From an uncultured Chloracidobacterium sp. (lineage in GTDB: Bacteria > Acidobacteriota > Blastocatellia > Pyrinomonadales > Pyrinomonadaceae): a DNA stretch of 46,624 bases. The notes under the pieces were generated by a model. That model saw nothing but the letters and a program-made list of their open reading frames with translations, searched no databases and was not told the DNA's origin. The position numbers and the translations under genes were made by a program. Below are positions 26,146-34,527 of the stretch, in pieces. The first letter of the stretch is position 1; each line of letters begins with the position of its first letter. The DNA lies in the NCBI GenBank assembly GCA_964643745.1, contig CAZXTS010000001.1, positions 1-46,624 on the forward strand, written 5' to 3'.

Positions 26146-27522
26146 TTACTCATCAAATTCCCTGAGGCTTTTCTGCATCGTTTTCCGCTCAACGAATAAA
26201 CGCAGAAACTTCTCACGCCGCGTAAGAAAAAATGTGACAGCATTGCCCCAGCCGCGGAGATCTTCAAACCGTTCGATCGAATTAAGCGCTATTAATCCGA
26301 GCAGAGCGACGGCCGGAACAGCGGCAAGCCCAAGTTCCCAGCCGAAAAAATACCAGACCGAGATCCCAACGATCAGCCATGTCGCAGGCATAAATACCAG
26401 ACCCGCAAGTACCTTTGCGGTTGAGGCGACATCGTCCGCGCCGTGACCCGCATACCACTTGGAAAACAGCCGGCAGAACTGATACGCCGGAAAATGTAAG
26501 ACCGCACCGACCGCGGCGAATGGCAAAAGCAACAGCAGCCACCAAGTTTGCGTTATCGCCTGCTTTACAACAAAGGACTTTTCAAATTGGGCAAGCGAAA
26601 GATGTTCGGGTCCAATGCCATAATTATCCAGCTCTTTATCAAAGCTCAGAATCTCCTGCCTGAGCTTTTCTTCTTTTTCGGATGCGTCTGAATTCTCAAG
26701 GTCAGCAATGTAGGCCTTTAGAAATTCGAGCTTCTCGCCAAGATTGGCGTTTTCGCCCGACGAGGAAAATATCTCTTCGGCGATGCGCGCCGTATGAACG
26801 GCGACGTCAGTTTCAGCATTAAGTGTGACCCCACGAAGTTCGTCCTCGATCTTCCGCGTGAGTTCCTTGACTGCCGCATGCGGCGGTTGGCCGTTCTCAT
26901 CCAAACCTGCCGGTTCGACGGTAAATGCTTCGCCGAAATGGAGCAGGGCCTCGCTGCGAAAGGTTTTTTTGCTGGTGTAAAACAGACCGACCGGAACTAT
27001 GCGGAGTTCTATTGGATCATTTCCAACCGCAACAGCACCGAGTGCGATGCGTGCCGCACCTGTTTTTGCCGGCAGTAGCTTGGGCGAATTATGCGAGATG
27101 CCTTCAGGGAAAAGGGCTATCGAACCTCCGCTGCGAAGCAAATCGCTGGCGAGCTGAAACGTTTCCTGGTTCTTTGAAACATCTTCGCCTGCATCCGTTT
27201 TTCGATAAACTGGCAATGCCTCAACAGTTCGCAGAAGAAACGAAATAATGGGCATCTTAAAGAGCGTCGATTTTGCGAGGAACGAGATACGCCGGGGAAG
27301 AGCTACGAAGACAAGAGCCGGATCGACAAGCCCATTCGGATGGTTCATTACAAAAATCACTCCGGTGCCTTTCGGAACGCTGTCGGCACTTACAGTTTCG
27401 ATACGGCGAAAGAAAAGCTTGAGCGCGGTTCCAAAGATCGCGAGGACGACCCGAAACGTAAGCGAGCCTTGCCTTTTCCGGAAAAGATCGATCAGGCGTA
27501 GTTGTTTGATCGAGGTTCGCAT
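26146..27522 (-). CDS. PlsC-type lysophospholipid/glycerol-phosphate acyltransferase with C-terminal membrane domain
   Basis: Acyltransferase block I 'VMNHPNGLVDP' and block III-like 'ALFPEGISHN'. There are 2-3 C-terminal TM helices. The start is moved to the ATG at 27522 to remove overlap with recR. Confidence 0.7.
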   Translation of the reverse strand: MRTSIKQLRLIDLFRKRQGSLTFRVVLAIFGTALKLFFRRIETVSADSVPKGTGVIFVMNHPNGLVDPALVFVALPRRISFLAKSTLFKMPIISFLLRTVEALPVYRKTDAGEDVSKNQETFQLASDLLRSGGSIALFPEGISHNSPKLLPAKTGAARIALGAVAVGNDPIELRIVPVGLFYTSKKTFRSEALLHFGEAFTVEPAGLDENGQPPHAAVKELTRKIEDELRGVTLNAETDVAVHTARIAEEIFSSSGENANLGEKLEFLKAYIADLENSDASEKEEKLRQEILSFDKELDNYGIGPEHLSLAQFEKSFVVKQAITQTWWLLLLLPFAAVGAVLHFPAYQFCRLFSKWYAGHGADDVASTAKVLAGLVFMPATWLIVGISVWYFFGWELGLAAVPAVALLGLIALNSIERFEDLRGWGNAVTFFLTRREKFLRLFVERKTMQKSLREFDE

Positions 27523-27538
27523 CTGTCTAGGGGCGGCA

Positions 27539-28153
27539 TTAAATTTCGTGTCGGTTCGAGAGGGCTTTGTCCATCGTAACTTCGTCCACGTACTCAAGGT
27601 CGCTGCCGACCGGCATTCCCATCGCGATCCGTGTAACCATCACGCCAAGAGGTTTAAGCAAGCGGGCGATGTAGTTCGCAGTGGCTTCGCCTTCGGTGGT
27701 CGGGTTTGTGGCAACGATTATCTCCTTTACATCAATGCCTTCGTTGTTTTCAGGCATCAACCGCGGCAACAGATTTGCGAGCATCAGCTCGTCTGGCCCA
27801 ATGCCGCGGATCGGCGAAAGCGAGCCGTGAATGATGTGGTAAAGCCCCTTAAACGAACGTGTTTTTTCGACGGCGACAAGGTTATAAGGCTCTTCGACAA
27901 TGCAGATGATCGAACGGTCGCGTTTTGGGTTGGTGCAGTAAAGACAAGGGGTTACGTCAGTTAAATTGTTGCAGATCGAACAGAAAACGATCTTTTCCTT
28001 GACCTCACGGAGTGCGTCGATGAAGTTATCGACCTCGATCTGCGGCCGGCGGAGTATATAGAACGCCAGCCGCTGCGCGGACTTCCCGCCGATTCCCGGC
28101 AGCCGTTTGAATTCATCGATCAGCTTTGCGACCGGTTCTGAATAGTCAAGCAT
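27539..28153 (-). CDS. recR: Recombination protein RecR
   Basis: 'LIDEFKRLPGIGGKSAQRLAF' (HhH), the Cys4 zinc finger 'CSICNNLTD..PCLYC' and a Toprim domain. Confidence 0.92.
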   Translation of the reverse strand: MLDYSEPVAKLIDEFKRLPGIGGKSAQRLAFYILRRPQIEVDNFIDALREVKEKIVFCSICNNLTDVTPCLYCTNPKRDRSIICIVEEPYNLVAVEKTRSFKGLYHIIHGSLSPIRGIGPDELMLANLLPRLMPENNEGIDVKEIIVATNPTTEGEATANYIARLLKPLGVMVTRIAMGMPVGSDLEYVDEVTMDKALSNRHEI

Positions 28154-28156
28154 ATA

Positions 28157-28242
28157 TAATGGTGAAGTGTGAACGGTGAATGGTGAATGAAGCTAGCCGA
28201 TCGGATTCAAATTCTCCGTTCACCATTTGTAATTCACCATTA
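28157..28242. repeat. Nested inverted repeat built from GGTGAA/TTCACC copies in the ybaB-recR intercistronic spacer
   Basis: Outer stem TAATGGTGAA (28157-66) / TTCACCATTA (28233-42). Inner stem AATGGTGAA (28179-87) / TTCACCATT (28219-27). Alternative pairing GTGAACGG (28169-76) / CCGTTCAC (28216-23). Central palindrome CCGATCGG (28197-28204). Confidence 0.75.
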
Positions 28243-28545
28243 CATCAGCCCGGGAGGCAGCATGCCGCCAAGTTTGCCTTTTAGCGATTCTTCCACCTTT
28301 CGGTGTGCTTCGTTGAGAGCGGCAACGGTAAGGTCCTGGATCATCTCGACGTCGCCGTCCTTAACCGTATCGGGCGAGATCTTTAGCTCGACGACCTCAA
28401 AATCGCCACGCATTTTCACGGAAACGGCACCGCCGCCGGCCGAAGCCTCGACGACCGTTTCCTTCATTTCCTTGCCCATCTTTTCCTGCATTTGCTGGGC
28501 TTGCTGCATCATTGAATTTAGATCGAATCCACCGGGTAATTTCAT
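28240..28545 (-). CDS. ybaB: YbaB/EbfC-family nucleoid-associated protein
   Basis: 'MMQQAQQMQEKM....E...VEASAGGGAVSVKMRGDFEVVELKISPD' is the canonical YbaB pattern. The start is set at the ATG at 28545. It lies upstream of recR, as in many bacteria. Confidence 0.9.
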   Translation of the reverse strand: MKLPGGFDLNSMMQQAQQMQEKMGKEMKETVVEASAGGGAVSVKMRGDFEVVELKISPDTVKDGDVEMIQDLTVAALNEAHRKVEESLKGKLGGMLPPGLM

Positions 28546-28644
28546 AATCTCTTTATAAACCTCAAATAAACTGAATTGTTTCGAGTATATCACCCGTCGC
28601 ACCAATTGTCTTAAAACTCGCTGACTGATATAAAATGCAAGCCG

Positions 28645-29310
28645 ATGTACAGTCTAAACATACGAAGCCTGTTCCTTAAACTCCTAATTGCGTCAGTCGC
28701 GATAAGCGCGGCATTCGGGATCATCGTTATTTTGTTCGGTGATTTTGGAAGTTTTGAGGTGCGTGTCTTAATGACAACGCTGACCGTCACGGTCACGAGT
28801 ATTCTGGGACTCGCGTGCGGCGCATACATCGAAGCCGGCCGTGGCAACCTGCTGCCGAAAGCTGGAATTGCTTTCTCTCTTGTATCGGCAGCAATGCTGA
28901 TGTTGATAATTTGGGACGTCGCGGACGATTCCGAACTTTATATAAAGTCCACAATGACGTTCGTTATCGGCGCGGTAGTCGCTTCTCATCTGTCGCTGCT
29001 TTCGATCGCCCGGCTAGACGGAAGATTTAGATGGGTAATCAAAGTTGCGTGGGCATGTGATCTGATCCTCGGCGGAATTATTTTGTTCGTGATGTGGACA
29101 GAGATCGAACCGCAAGGTGACATCGTTTCGCGAATAATGGGAGTGCTTTCGATCCTGATAGCCGCCGCTACGGTCGTGACCCCGGTCTTTCATAAGCTCA
29201 GTTCGGGAACTGTTCGAACCGGCGAAACGATAGATGAAGAGATCGCTCGATTGCGGGAACAGATAGTCTTTCTGGAAGCCGAAAAGGCCGAACTCGAAGA
29301 AGCGGAATGA
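28645..29310 (+). CDS. Integral membrane protein (about 6 TM) with C-terminal coiled coil, unknown function
   Basis: Six hydrophobic segments are followed by 'EEIARLREQIVFLEAEKAELEEAE'. A TTGTCT-N17-TATAAA promoter-like element ends ~10 nt before the ATG. Confidence 0.55.
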   Translation: MYSLNIRSLFLKLLIASVAISAAFGIIVILFGDFGSFEVRVLMTTLTVTVTSILGLACGAYIEAGRGNLLPKAGIAFSLVSAAMLMLIIWDVADDSELYIKSTMTFVIGAVVASHLSLLSIARLDGRFRWVIKVAWACDLILGGIILFVMWTEIEPQGDIVSRIMGVLSILIAAATVVTPVFHKLSSGTVRTGETIDEEIARLREQIVFLEAEKAELEEAE

Positions 29311-29654
29311 GGGAACTGTTCTACGAAACGATCGATCCGATCACGCGGGCAGAGGCCGTGGAAATGCTCCGAAGCGGCGACACCGAAGCGATATCTTACG
29401 GATTGCTTCGGGCCTCTTACCACGTTGAGGATTGGCGTTGGGTCCAGAGCGAATGCCTTCGCCTGCTCGATTCCAAGGACAAGCACCTGCAATATATCGG
29501 AGCTATCTGCCTTTCGCACATTGCCCGCGTACATGGAAAGCTTGATCTCACCCTGGTCGAACCAGAATTGAAAAAGCTCGAAGGTGATCCAGAGATAGGC
29601 GGCGAGATCGAAATGGTTCTGGAAGACCTGGAAATTTTTGTTGCTGGAAGTTAG
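29307..29654 (+). CDS. Hypothetical helical (HEAT-like?) protein
   Basis: 115-aa ORF whose ATG overlaps the stop of the preceding gene (ATGA), implying co-translation. Its composition predicts an all-alpha fold. No motif is recognised. Confidence 0.5.
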   Translation: MRELFYETIDPITRAEAVEMLRSGDTEAISYGLLRASYHVEDWRWVQSECLRLLDSKDKHLQYIGAICLSHIARVHGKLDLTLVEPELKKLEGDPEIGGEIEMVLEDLEIFVAGS

Positions 29655-29658
29655 AACA

Positions 29659-30093
29659 CTATTTACTCTTCGTCGGGTCGAGAAGCATTAACCCGTCAAA
29701 CAGCTTGAAGTCTTTAGCCGTTGAAACTACGGTTGCGCCATGCTCGACAGCAAGAGCTGCAATGTGGGCATCTGAAAGTCGTGCTCCTGTGATACCCGAC
29801 GAACGTACCAATTTGCGAAAAATAGTGAAATGACCAGCTCCGGGCGTTAATATTTGTGAGACAGGTGCTTTCAACATCTCGTCCGCGATATCCATCGCCT
29901 CTTTCGCCGTAAACGAATTTTTCACCATTCTCACGGTCGTCAAAATTCGCATAAAGCCCATGATTGTATGCCAGGAAAAGCAGACCGGCCTTTCGCCGTT
30001 TAGGGCAGACTCGAGCCATTCGAGGCACGCAACGTGATGCTGCGAGCCTTTGTCATACGCATAGATCAAAACGTTAATATCCGGCAGCATCAT
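29659..30093 (-). CDS. vapC: Type II toxin-antitoxin system VapC-family PIN-domain toxin
   Basis: 'LPDINVLIYA' (first acidic residue) and 'SDAHIAALAVEHGATVVSTAKDF' are classic PIN/VapC blocks. It lies 9 nt downstream of a small antitoxin-like ORF. Confidence 0.8.
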   Translation of the reverse strand: MMLPDINVLIYAYDKGSQHHVACLEWLESALNGERPVCFSWHTIMGFMRILTTVRMVKNSFTAKEAMDIADEMLKAPVSQILTPGAGHFTIFRKLVRSSGITGARLSDAHIAALAVEHGATVVSTAKDFKLFDGLMLLDPTKSK

Positions 30094-30102
30094 AGAGTGC
30101 AG

Positions 30103-30378
30103 CTATTCCTTTGCCGATGCTTTTCGAAGAAATTCTTCTTCGTCCAGCGACTGAAGAAGCTCGCTCGTCTTGTCGTAATTCAAGTGCTCGTATAGCCCAA
30201 GATTCTTGGCTTGCACTTTGAAGGGCTTTTTTCTTTTCTCAAGACTGTTCACTTTATAGTATTTTCCCGACCGAATAAGTTCGTTCACTGCCTCCTTAAA
30301 GGTCTTGCCCTCACCGACCTTCATTTCTTCGCGGATCGTTTTTACAACGTCGTCATCCAATGTAATGGTCGTTCTCAT
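30103..30378 (-). CDS. vapB: Type II antitoxin (VapB-like)
   Basis: 91 aa. The 'MRTTITLDDDVVKTIRE' N-terminus is typical of small DNA-binding antitoxins, and the gene sits directly upstream of vapC. Confidence 0.65.
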   Translation of the reverse strand: MRTTITLDDDVVKTIREEMKVGEGKTFKEAVNELIRSGKYYKVNSLEKRKKPFKVQAKNLGLYEHLNYDKTSELLQSLDEEEFLRKASAKE

Positions 30379-30426
30379 AATATGCTCATTCTACTATGTT
30401 GATGCAATGATGTCTATAAGAAAGCA

Positions 30427-31095
30427 TCATGATGCTCTATACTGAATCGGGTCGGTTTCACCGGCCTGTTCGAAGCCTCGTAGACGAAGTGCGCAGGAAT
30501 CGCAGGTGCCGCAGGCAAGTTCGTTCGAATGGTAGCAGGACCAGGTCAGATGCAGCGGGGCATTTAATTCCAAGCCTTTTTTGACGATCTCTGCCTTTGA
30601 AAGATGAATGATCGGCGTGCGTATCTCGATGTGTGTATCGGGCTTCGTGCCCGTGTTTATCGTTTGCTGAAACGCTTTGTAAAATTCGGGGCGGCAGTCA
30701 GGGTAGCCGCTCGAATCTTCGGCGACCGCACCGATGTAAATGCTGGTCGCTCCGATAACCTCTGCCCAACTCGTCGCTATTGCTAGCATGTTCGCGTTTC
30801 GAAACGGTACGTAACTGGTAGGAATTTCCGTCGATTCAAGGTCGGCTTCGGCCACGTTCATCGACGCATCGGTCAGCGACGAACCGCCGATCTTTGCGAG
30901 ATATTCGATCGAGACATCAAGCCGTTTTTCAATTCCGTAATGATCGGCAATGTCATTGAAAGCCTTCCGTTCACGGACCTCGGTGCGCTGGCCGTAGGAA
31001 ATATGAAGCATAGCCAACTCGTCGTTTTCGGCGGCCGCGATCGCCGTCGTAACGCACGAGTCCATGCCTCCGGAAACGAGTACGATCGCGGTCAT
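30427..31095 (-). CDS. queC: 7-cyano-7-deazaguanine (preQ0) synthase
   Basis: PP-loop 'LVSGGMDS' and C-terminal zinc Cys cluster 'WSCY....CGTCDSC'. Confidence 0.92.
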   Translation of the reverse strand: MTAIVLVSGGMDSCVTTAIAAAENDELAMLHISYGQRTEVRERKAFNDIADHYGIEKRLDVSIEYLAKIGGSSLTDASMNVAEADLESTEIPTSYVPFRNANMLAIATSWAEVIGATSIYIGAVAEDSSGYPDCRPEFYKAFQQTINTGTKPDTHIEIRTPIIHLSKAEIVKKGLELNAPLHLTWSCYHSNELACGTCDSCALRLRGFEQAGETDPIQYRAS

Positions 31096-32000
31096 CGGGC
31101 CAATCCTTCCTGCAAGATCTGCGACAACCGCCAGATGAGCAGGCTGCCGATGTCGTCGGTGGTGTAGTGAACAACCTGCATATCATCGACCGTGATCGCC
31201 ATAGCGATGCGGCCTCGGCGTGTGTAAACAATGCCGACGTCCGAACGCAATCGATCAAGTGCTCCGGATTTAGAGGCGACCGGAACGGTATCCAAAACAT
31301 TGCGGCCGGTGCCGTCTTTGTATTGCTGGCGGCGCAGAATTGCGATCATTTCAGCCGAAGCTTCCTTGGAAACGACCTCGCCCTTTTCGAGCATTTCCAG
31401 CAGCCGAACCATATCCTTTGGCGACGAACGCCCGATGCCAAACAGCTTGTTTAGCGGCTCGTCCCATGCCTTTGCGTCACCGCCGCCGCCGATCTTGCGA
31501 AGCGAAAGCGTGTCGTTAAGCCCAAGCTTTGCCATGAGATCGTTGACCGCATTACTCGAAACTTTGTCGAGGACAAGGTTCGTTGCGGTGTTGTCCGAAA
31601 GAACGATCATCAGGTTTACGGCAGTTTTCAGGTCGATCTTCGAACCATTGCTGAATTCGCGTAGAATTCCCGAACCGCCAGAGGTCTTTCCGGTTTCGAT
31701 CGTGAACTCATCTGTCCAAGCGATCTTGCCTTCAGCCACCTGACGAAATGTTTCGGCCATTATCGGCAGCTTTATCGTGCTTGCTGTGCGGACCTGTTCT
31801 TCGCCTCGTAGCGAATACTCCTTTCCGGTGTCGAGGTTCTTTGCAAAGATCCAGACCTTGCCTTTGAACTCTGAAACTTCGGCCTTGATTCGTTCGTCCA
31901 ACGATTTGGTTGCGGCGGCAGGCTGTGTCCGGCCTTGGCCCAAAGCAGAGGCGGCAACACAGAGCACAAATATTGAAAGCAAAATATTATTTTTCATCAT
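31092..32000 (-). CDS. Secreted class A beta-lactamase-like serine hydrolase
   Basis: Signal peptide present. The motifs are S-x-x-K 'ASTIK', SDN 'LSDN', E-x-x-L-N-like 'DEPLN' and K-S-G 'SKSG', in class A order and spacing. The stop overlaps the queC start (ATGA). Confidence 0.75.
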   Translation of the reverse strand: MMKNNILLSIFVLCVAASALGQGRTQPAAATKSLDERIKAEVSEFKGKVWIFAKNLDTGKEYSLRGEEQVRTASTIKLPIMAETFRQVAEGKIAWTDEFTIETGKTSGGSGILREFSNGSKIDLKTAVNLMIVLSDNTATNLVLDKVSSNAVNDLMAKLGLNDTLSLRKIGGGGDAKAWDEPLNKLFGIGRSSPKDMVRLLEMLEKGEVVSKEASAEMIAILRRQQYKDGTGRNVLDTVPVASKSGALDRLRSDVGIVYTRRGRIAMAITVDDMQVVHYTTDDIGSLLIWRLSQILQEGLAR

Positions 32001-32012
32001 AACGGTGCGGTG

Positions 32013-32116
32013 AATTGTAAATTGTATATTGACTCATTGTAAATTGGTAGAGAGGTTTAAGAGTGTTCGGGGCTCTGTGCTCAAGCAGAAAAGCATGCTT
32101 TCCCAATTTACAATTG
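32013..32116. repeat. Direct plus inverted 12-mer repeats (TTGTAAATTG core) between queE and the beta-lactamase-like gene
   Basis: AATTGTAAATTG (32013-24) and ATTGTAAATTGG (32036-47) can each pair perfectly (12 bp) with CCAATTTACAATTG (32103-16). The palindrome AAAGCATGCTTT (32090-32101) lies in the loop. Confidence 0.75.
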
Positions 32117-32125
32117 CCAGTGGGT

Positions 32126-32773
32126 TCAGACGCCTCGGGCGTCGGCTCCCCAAATGTATTTGTGCAGCTGTAGATTTAGCCTCACTTTTAGTCCGCTTTT
32201 TGCGACGGCCTCGGCTAGCTCGGCTAAATTCCCGATGCCATGAACCGGCGAGATCAGCACGGCCCTAGCTTTATTTATTAGGTCGTATTCCTCGATCTTG
32301 CCTTTTGCATATTCCCAATCAGCGAGATCTGCAACGACAAATTTTACCTCATCCTTTTCTCGGCGTAGGCGGGGGATATTCGGCCAATGATTTCGTTCGG
32401 CTTCGCCTGAAGCAGGGCATTTTATATCCAATATGATCACGGCACGCGAATCGACTTCTTCGGTCGAAACAAAGTTACCGGATTCGATCAGCACCTCATA
32501 GTTTCGATTGCACAGTGTGGTGATGAACGGAAAAACGTTATTTTGCGCTAGCGGTTCGCCGCCGGTTATCTCGACCAGGTTGCAGCCGAATTCCTCAAGC
32601 TGCGCCAGTATTGCCTCGAAAGACATTCTCTCGCCGCCGGTGAAGGTGTATTCGCTGTCGCACCAAACGCAACGCATCGGGCAGCCCGTCAGCCGCACGA
32701 ACGCACACGGCCGCCCGGCGTGTGACGACTCGCCTTGAATTGAGAGAAAAATTTCGGTTATGCGCAAATCCAC
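32126..32773 (-). CDS. queE: 7-carboxy-7-deazaguanine synthase (radical SAM)
   Basis: 'EIFLSIQGESSHAGRPCAFVRLTGCPMRCVWCDS' is the QueE signature with the CxxxCxxC-type cluster. GTG start. Confidence 0.9.
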   Translation of the reverse strand: MDLRITEIFLSIQGESSHAGRPCAFVRLTGCPMRCVWCDSEYTFTGGERMSFEAILAQLEEFGCNLVEITGGEPLAQNNVFPFITTLCNRNYEVLIESGNFVSTEEVDSRAVIILDIKCPASGEAERNHWPNIPRLRREKDEVKFVVADLADWEYAKGKIEEYDLINKARAVLISPVHGIGNLAELAEAVAKSGLKVRLNLQLHKYIWGADARGV

Positions 32774-32781
32774 AGGAAACT

Positions 32782-32827
32782 AGCCGCTAATGCATGAATA
32801 AGAGATTGTATTCGTGCATTCGTGGCT
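32782..32827. repeat. Imperfect palindromic extragenic element, copy B (18-nt arms, 10-nt loop)
   Basis: The 5' arm is AGCCGCTAATGCATGAAT (32782-99). The 3' arm ATTCGTGCATTCGTGGCT (32810-27) is identical to 5625-5642. Arms are 15/18 complementary. Confidence 0.75.
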
Positions 32828-32878
32828 TATTCAACTTGATTCTGACTTTTTCCCAGATTCGAGTTAAACTCGTTTCAT

Positions 32879-34192
32879 ATGCGATCACAACTCAAACGCT
32901 TTATCGATCAGATGGAAGATAATTCCGTAGCCATTATTCCGGCCGCTCATGAAAAGACACGAAGCTATGACACCGAATTTAAATTCCGACAGGATTCGGA
33001 TTTCTGGTATCTGACAGGTTTTCCCGAGCCGGACGCCGTTGCCGTGATCGATCCGCAGAATAAAAAGTCGCCGTACACGCTTTACGTGCGTCCGCGCGAT
33101 CCGCTGATGGAAACTTGGTTTGGCCGTCGCGAGGGCGTTGACGGGGCAAAGAAGAATTACGGGGCGAATACGGCGTTTCCGATCGATAAATTTGCGGCCA
33201 GCATCGGAAAGCATCTCGATGGAAAAGATATTCTTTACTATCGCTTTTCGGCCGACAAAGAACTTGATGCGACGATGCTCGACTATTTTAACGAACAGCG
33301 TGTCCGAAGGCTGAAGACCGCGTATCCGCCGCACACCATTAAAGACCCTACGATCATCACCGGCGAAATGCGCCTGCACAAAACGGCCGAAGAGGTCGGA
33401 CATATGCAGACCGCCGCGACCATCGCTGCGGAAGCGCATATATTGGCGATGAAAAAGGTAAGGCCGGGAATGAATGAAGGCCAGGTCGAGTCCTTGATGG
33501 AAGCCTATATGAAGGACAAAGGCGCGAGCGGTGTTGCGTATAACTCAATTGTCGGCGGCGGTGCAAATGCGACGATCCTGCACTATGTCGAAAACAGTAT
33601 GCCGCTCAATGACGGCGATCTGATATTGATCGACGCCGGTGCGGAATACAAGGGTTACGCAAGCGACATCACACGGACTTTTCCTGTAAATGGACAGTTT
33701 TCGTCGGCACAGCGTGAGGTTTACGATGTCGTGCTTGATGTGCAGAAAAAGTGCGTTGATTACACCGTTACAGGAAACACCGTAAAGGCACGGCAGGAAT
33801 ACTCGATCGAGCTTTTGACCGAAGGAATGGTCAAGCTTGGGCTGTTGAAGGGCAAGACCAAAGACCTGATCAAGAAAAAAGAATATCTTCGGTATTATAT
33901 GCACGGCGTGGGGCACTATCTTGGGCTGGATGTTCACGACGCTGGACGATATTTCACCGACCAAGGTGCGAAGAATTCGAAACCCTTCGCTCCGGGAATG
34001 GTGTTAACTGTTGAACCGGGAATTTATGTACCTATAGACGACAAGAAAGCTCCGGCGAAGTATCGCGGTATCGGAATTCGCATCGAAGACGATGTGCTTG
34101 TTACCGAAGAAGGGAATCGCAATCTAACTGCAAAGGTCACGAAAGAGGCGGACGAGATCGAAGCGATAATGGCGAAAAGCGGGCGAAAATAA
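32879..34192 (+). CDS. pepP: Xaa-Pro aminopeptidase (M24B)
   Basis: An N-terminal AMP_N domain is followed by metal ligands in 'LIDAGAEYKGYASDITRT', 'HGVGHYLGLDVHD', 'TVEPGIY' and 'IRIEDD'. Confidence 0.9.
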   Translation: MRSQLKRFIDQMEDNSVAIIPAAHEKTRSYDTEFKFRQDSDFWYLTGFPEPDAVAVIDPQNKKSPYTLYVRPRDPLMETWFGRREGVDGAKKNYGANTAFPIDKFAASIGKHLDGKDILYYRFSADKELDATMLDYFNEQRVRRLKTAYPPHTIKDPTIITGEMRLHKTAEEVGHMQTAATIAAEAHILAMKKVRPGMNEGQVESLMEAYMKDKGASGVAYNSIVGGGANATILHYVENSMPLNDGDLILIDAGAEYKGYASDITRTFPVNGQFSSAQREVYDVVLDVQKKCVDYTVTGNTVKARQEYSIELLTEGMVKLGLLKGKTKDLIKKKEYLRYYMHGVGHYLGLDVHDAGRYFTDQGAKNSKPFAPGMVLTVEPGIYVPIDDKKAPAKYRGIGIRIEDDVLVTEEGNRNLTAKVTKEADEIEAIMAKSGRK

Positions 34193-34212
34193 AATGAAGG
34201 GCAGGTAAGACG

Positions 34213-34527
34213 ATGAAAAGAATATTGATCGCTTTAGCAATCTCGCTGGTCCTGACGATCGTCTATTATTTCATCGCCTATATCATCAGTCCTTTTTTTT
34301 TCGGTACGCCTCCAATGACTCCGCATTCCATGCTCTATGCACCTATCTCGCTTCCGGCTTCTATTTATCAGGCGATAGCACCGGACGCGATACAGAACCT
34401 ATTGGCATCGAATCCCACCGGTGGACTTGTTGAGCGGCTGATCTTTATTTTTGGCAACGTGGTCTTATTCGCTGTGCCGATGTATATTTTGTCGCTGCCG
34501 TTTTTTCGCAAACGAGATGGAAAATGA
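34213..34527 (+). CDS. Small membrane protein, unknown function
   Basis: 104 aa with 2-3 TM segments. The stop overlaps the start of the next gene (ATGA). Confidence 0.45.
   Translation: MKRILIALAISLVLTIVYYFIAYIISPFFFGTPPMTPHSMLYAPISLPASIYQAIAPDAIQNLLASNPTGGLVERLIFIFGNVVLFAVPMYILSLPFFRKRDGK

Noticed and set aside
32774-32878. preQ1 riboswitch upstream of queE.
   Set aside because: The minus-strand leader lacks the short P1 stem plus A-rich tail (…AAAAAACUA-like) of preQ1-I. I see no resemblance to class II/III cores either. The only structured element is the palindromic repeat, copy B.
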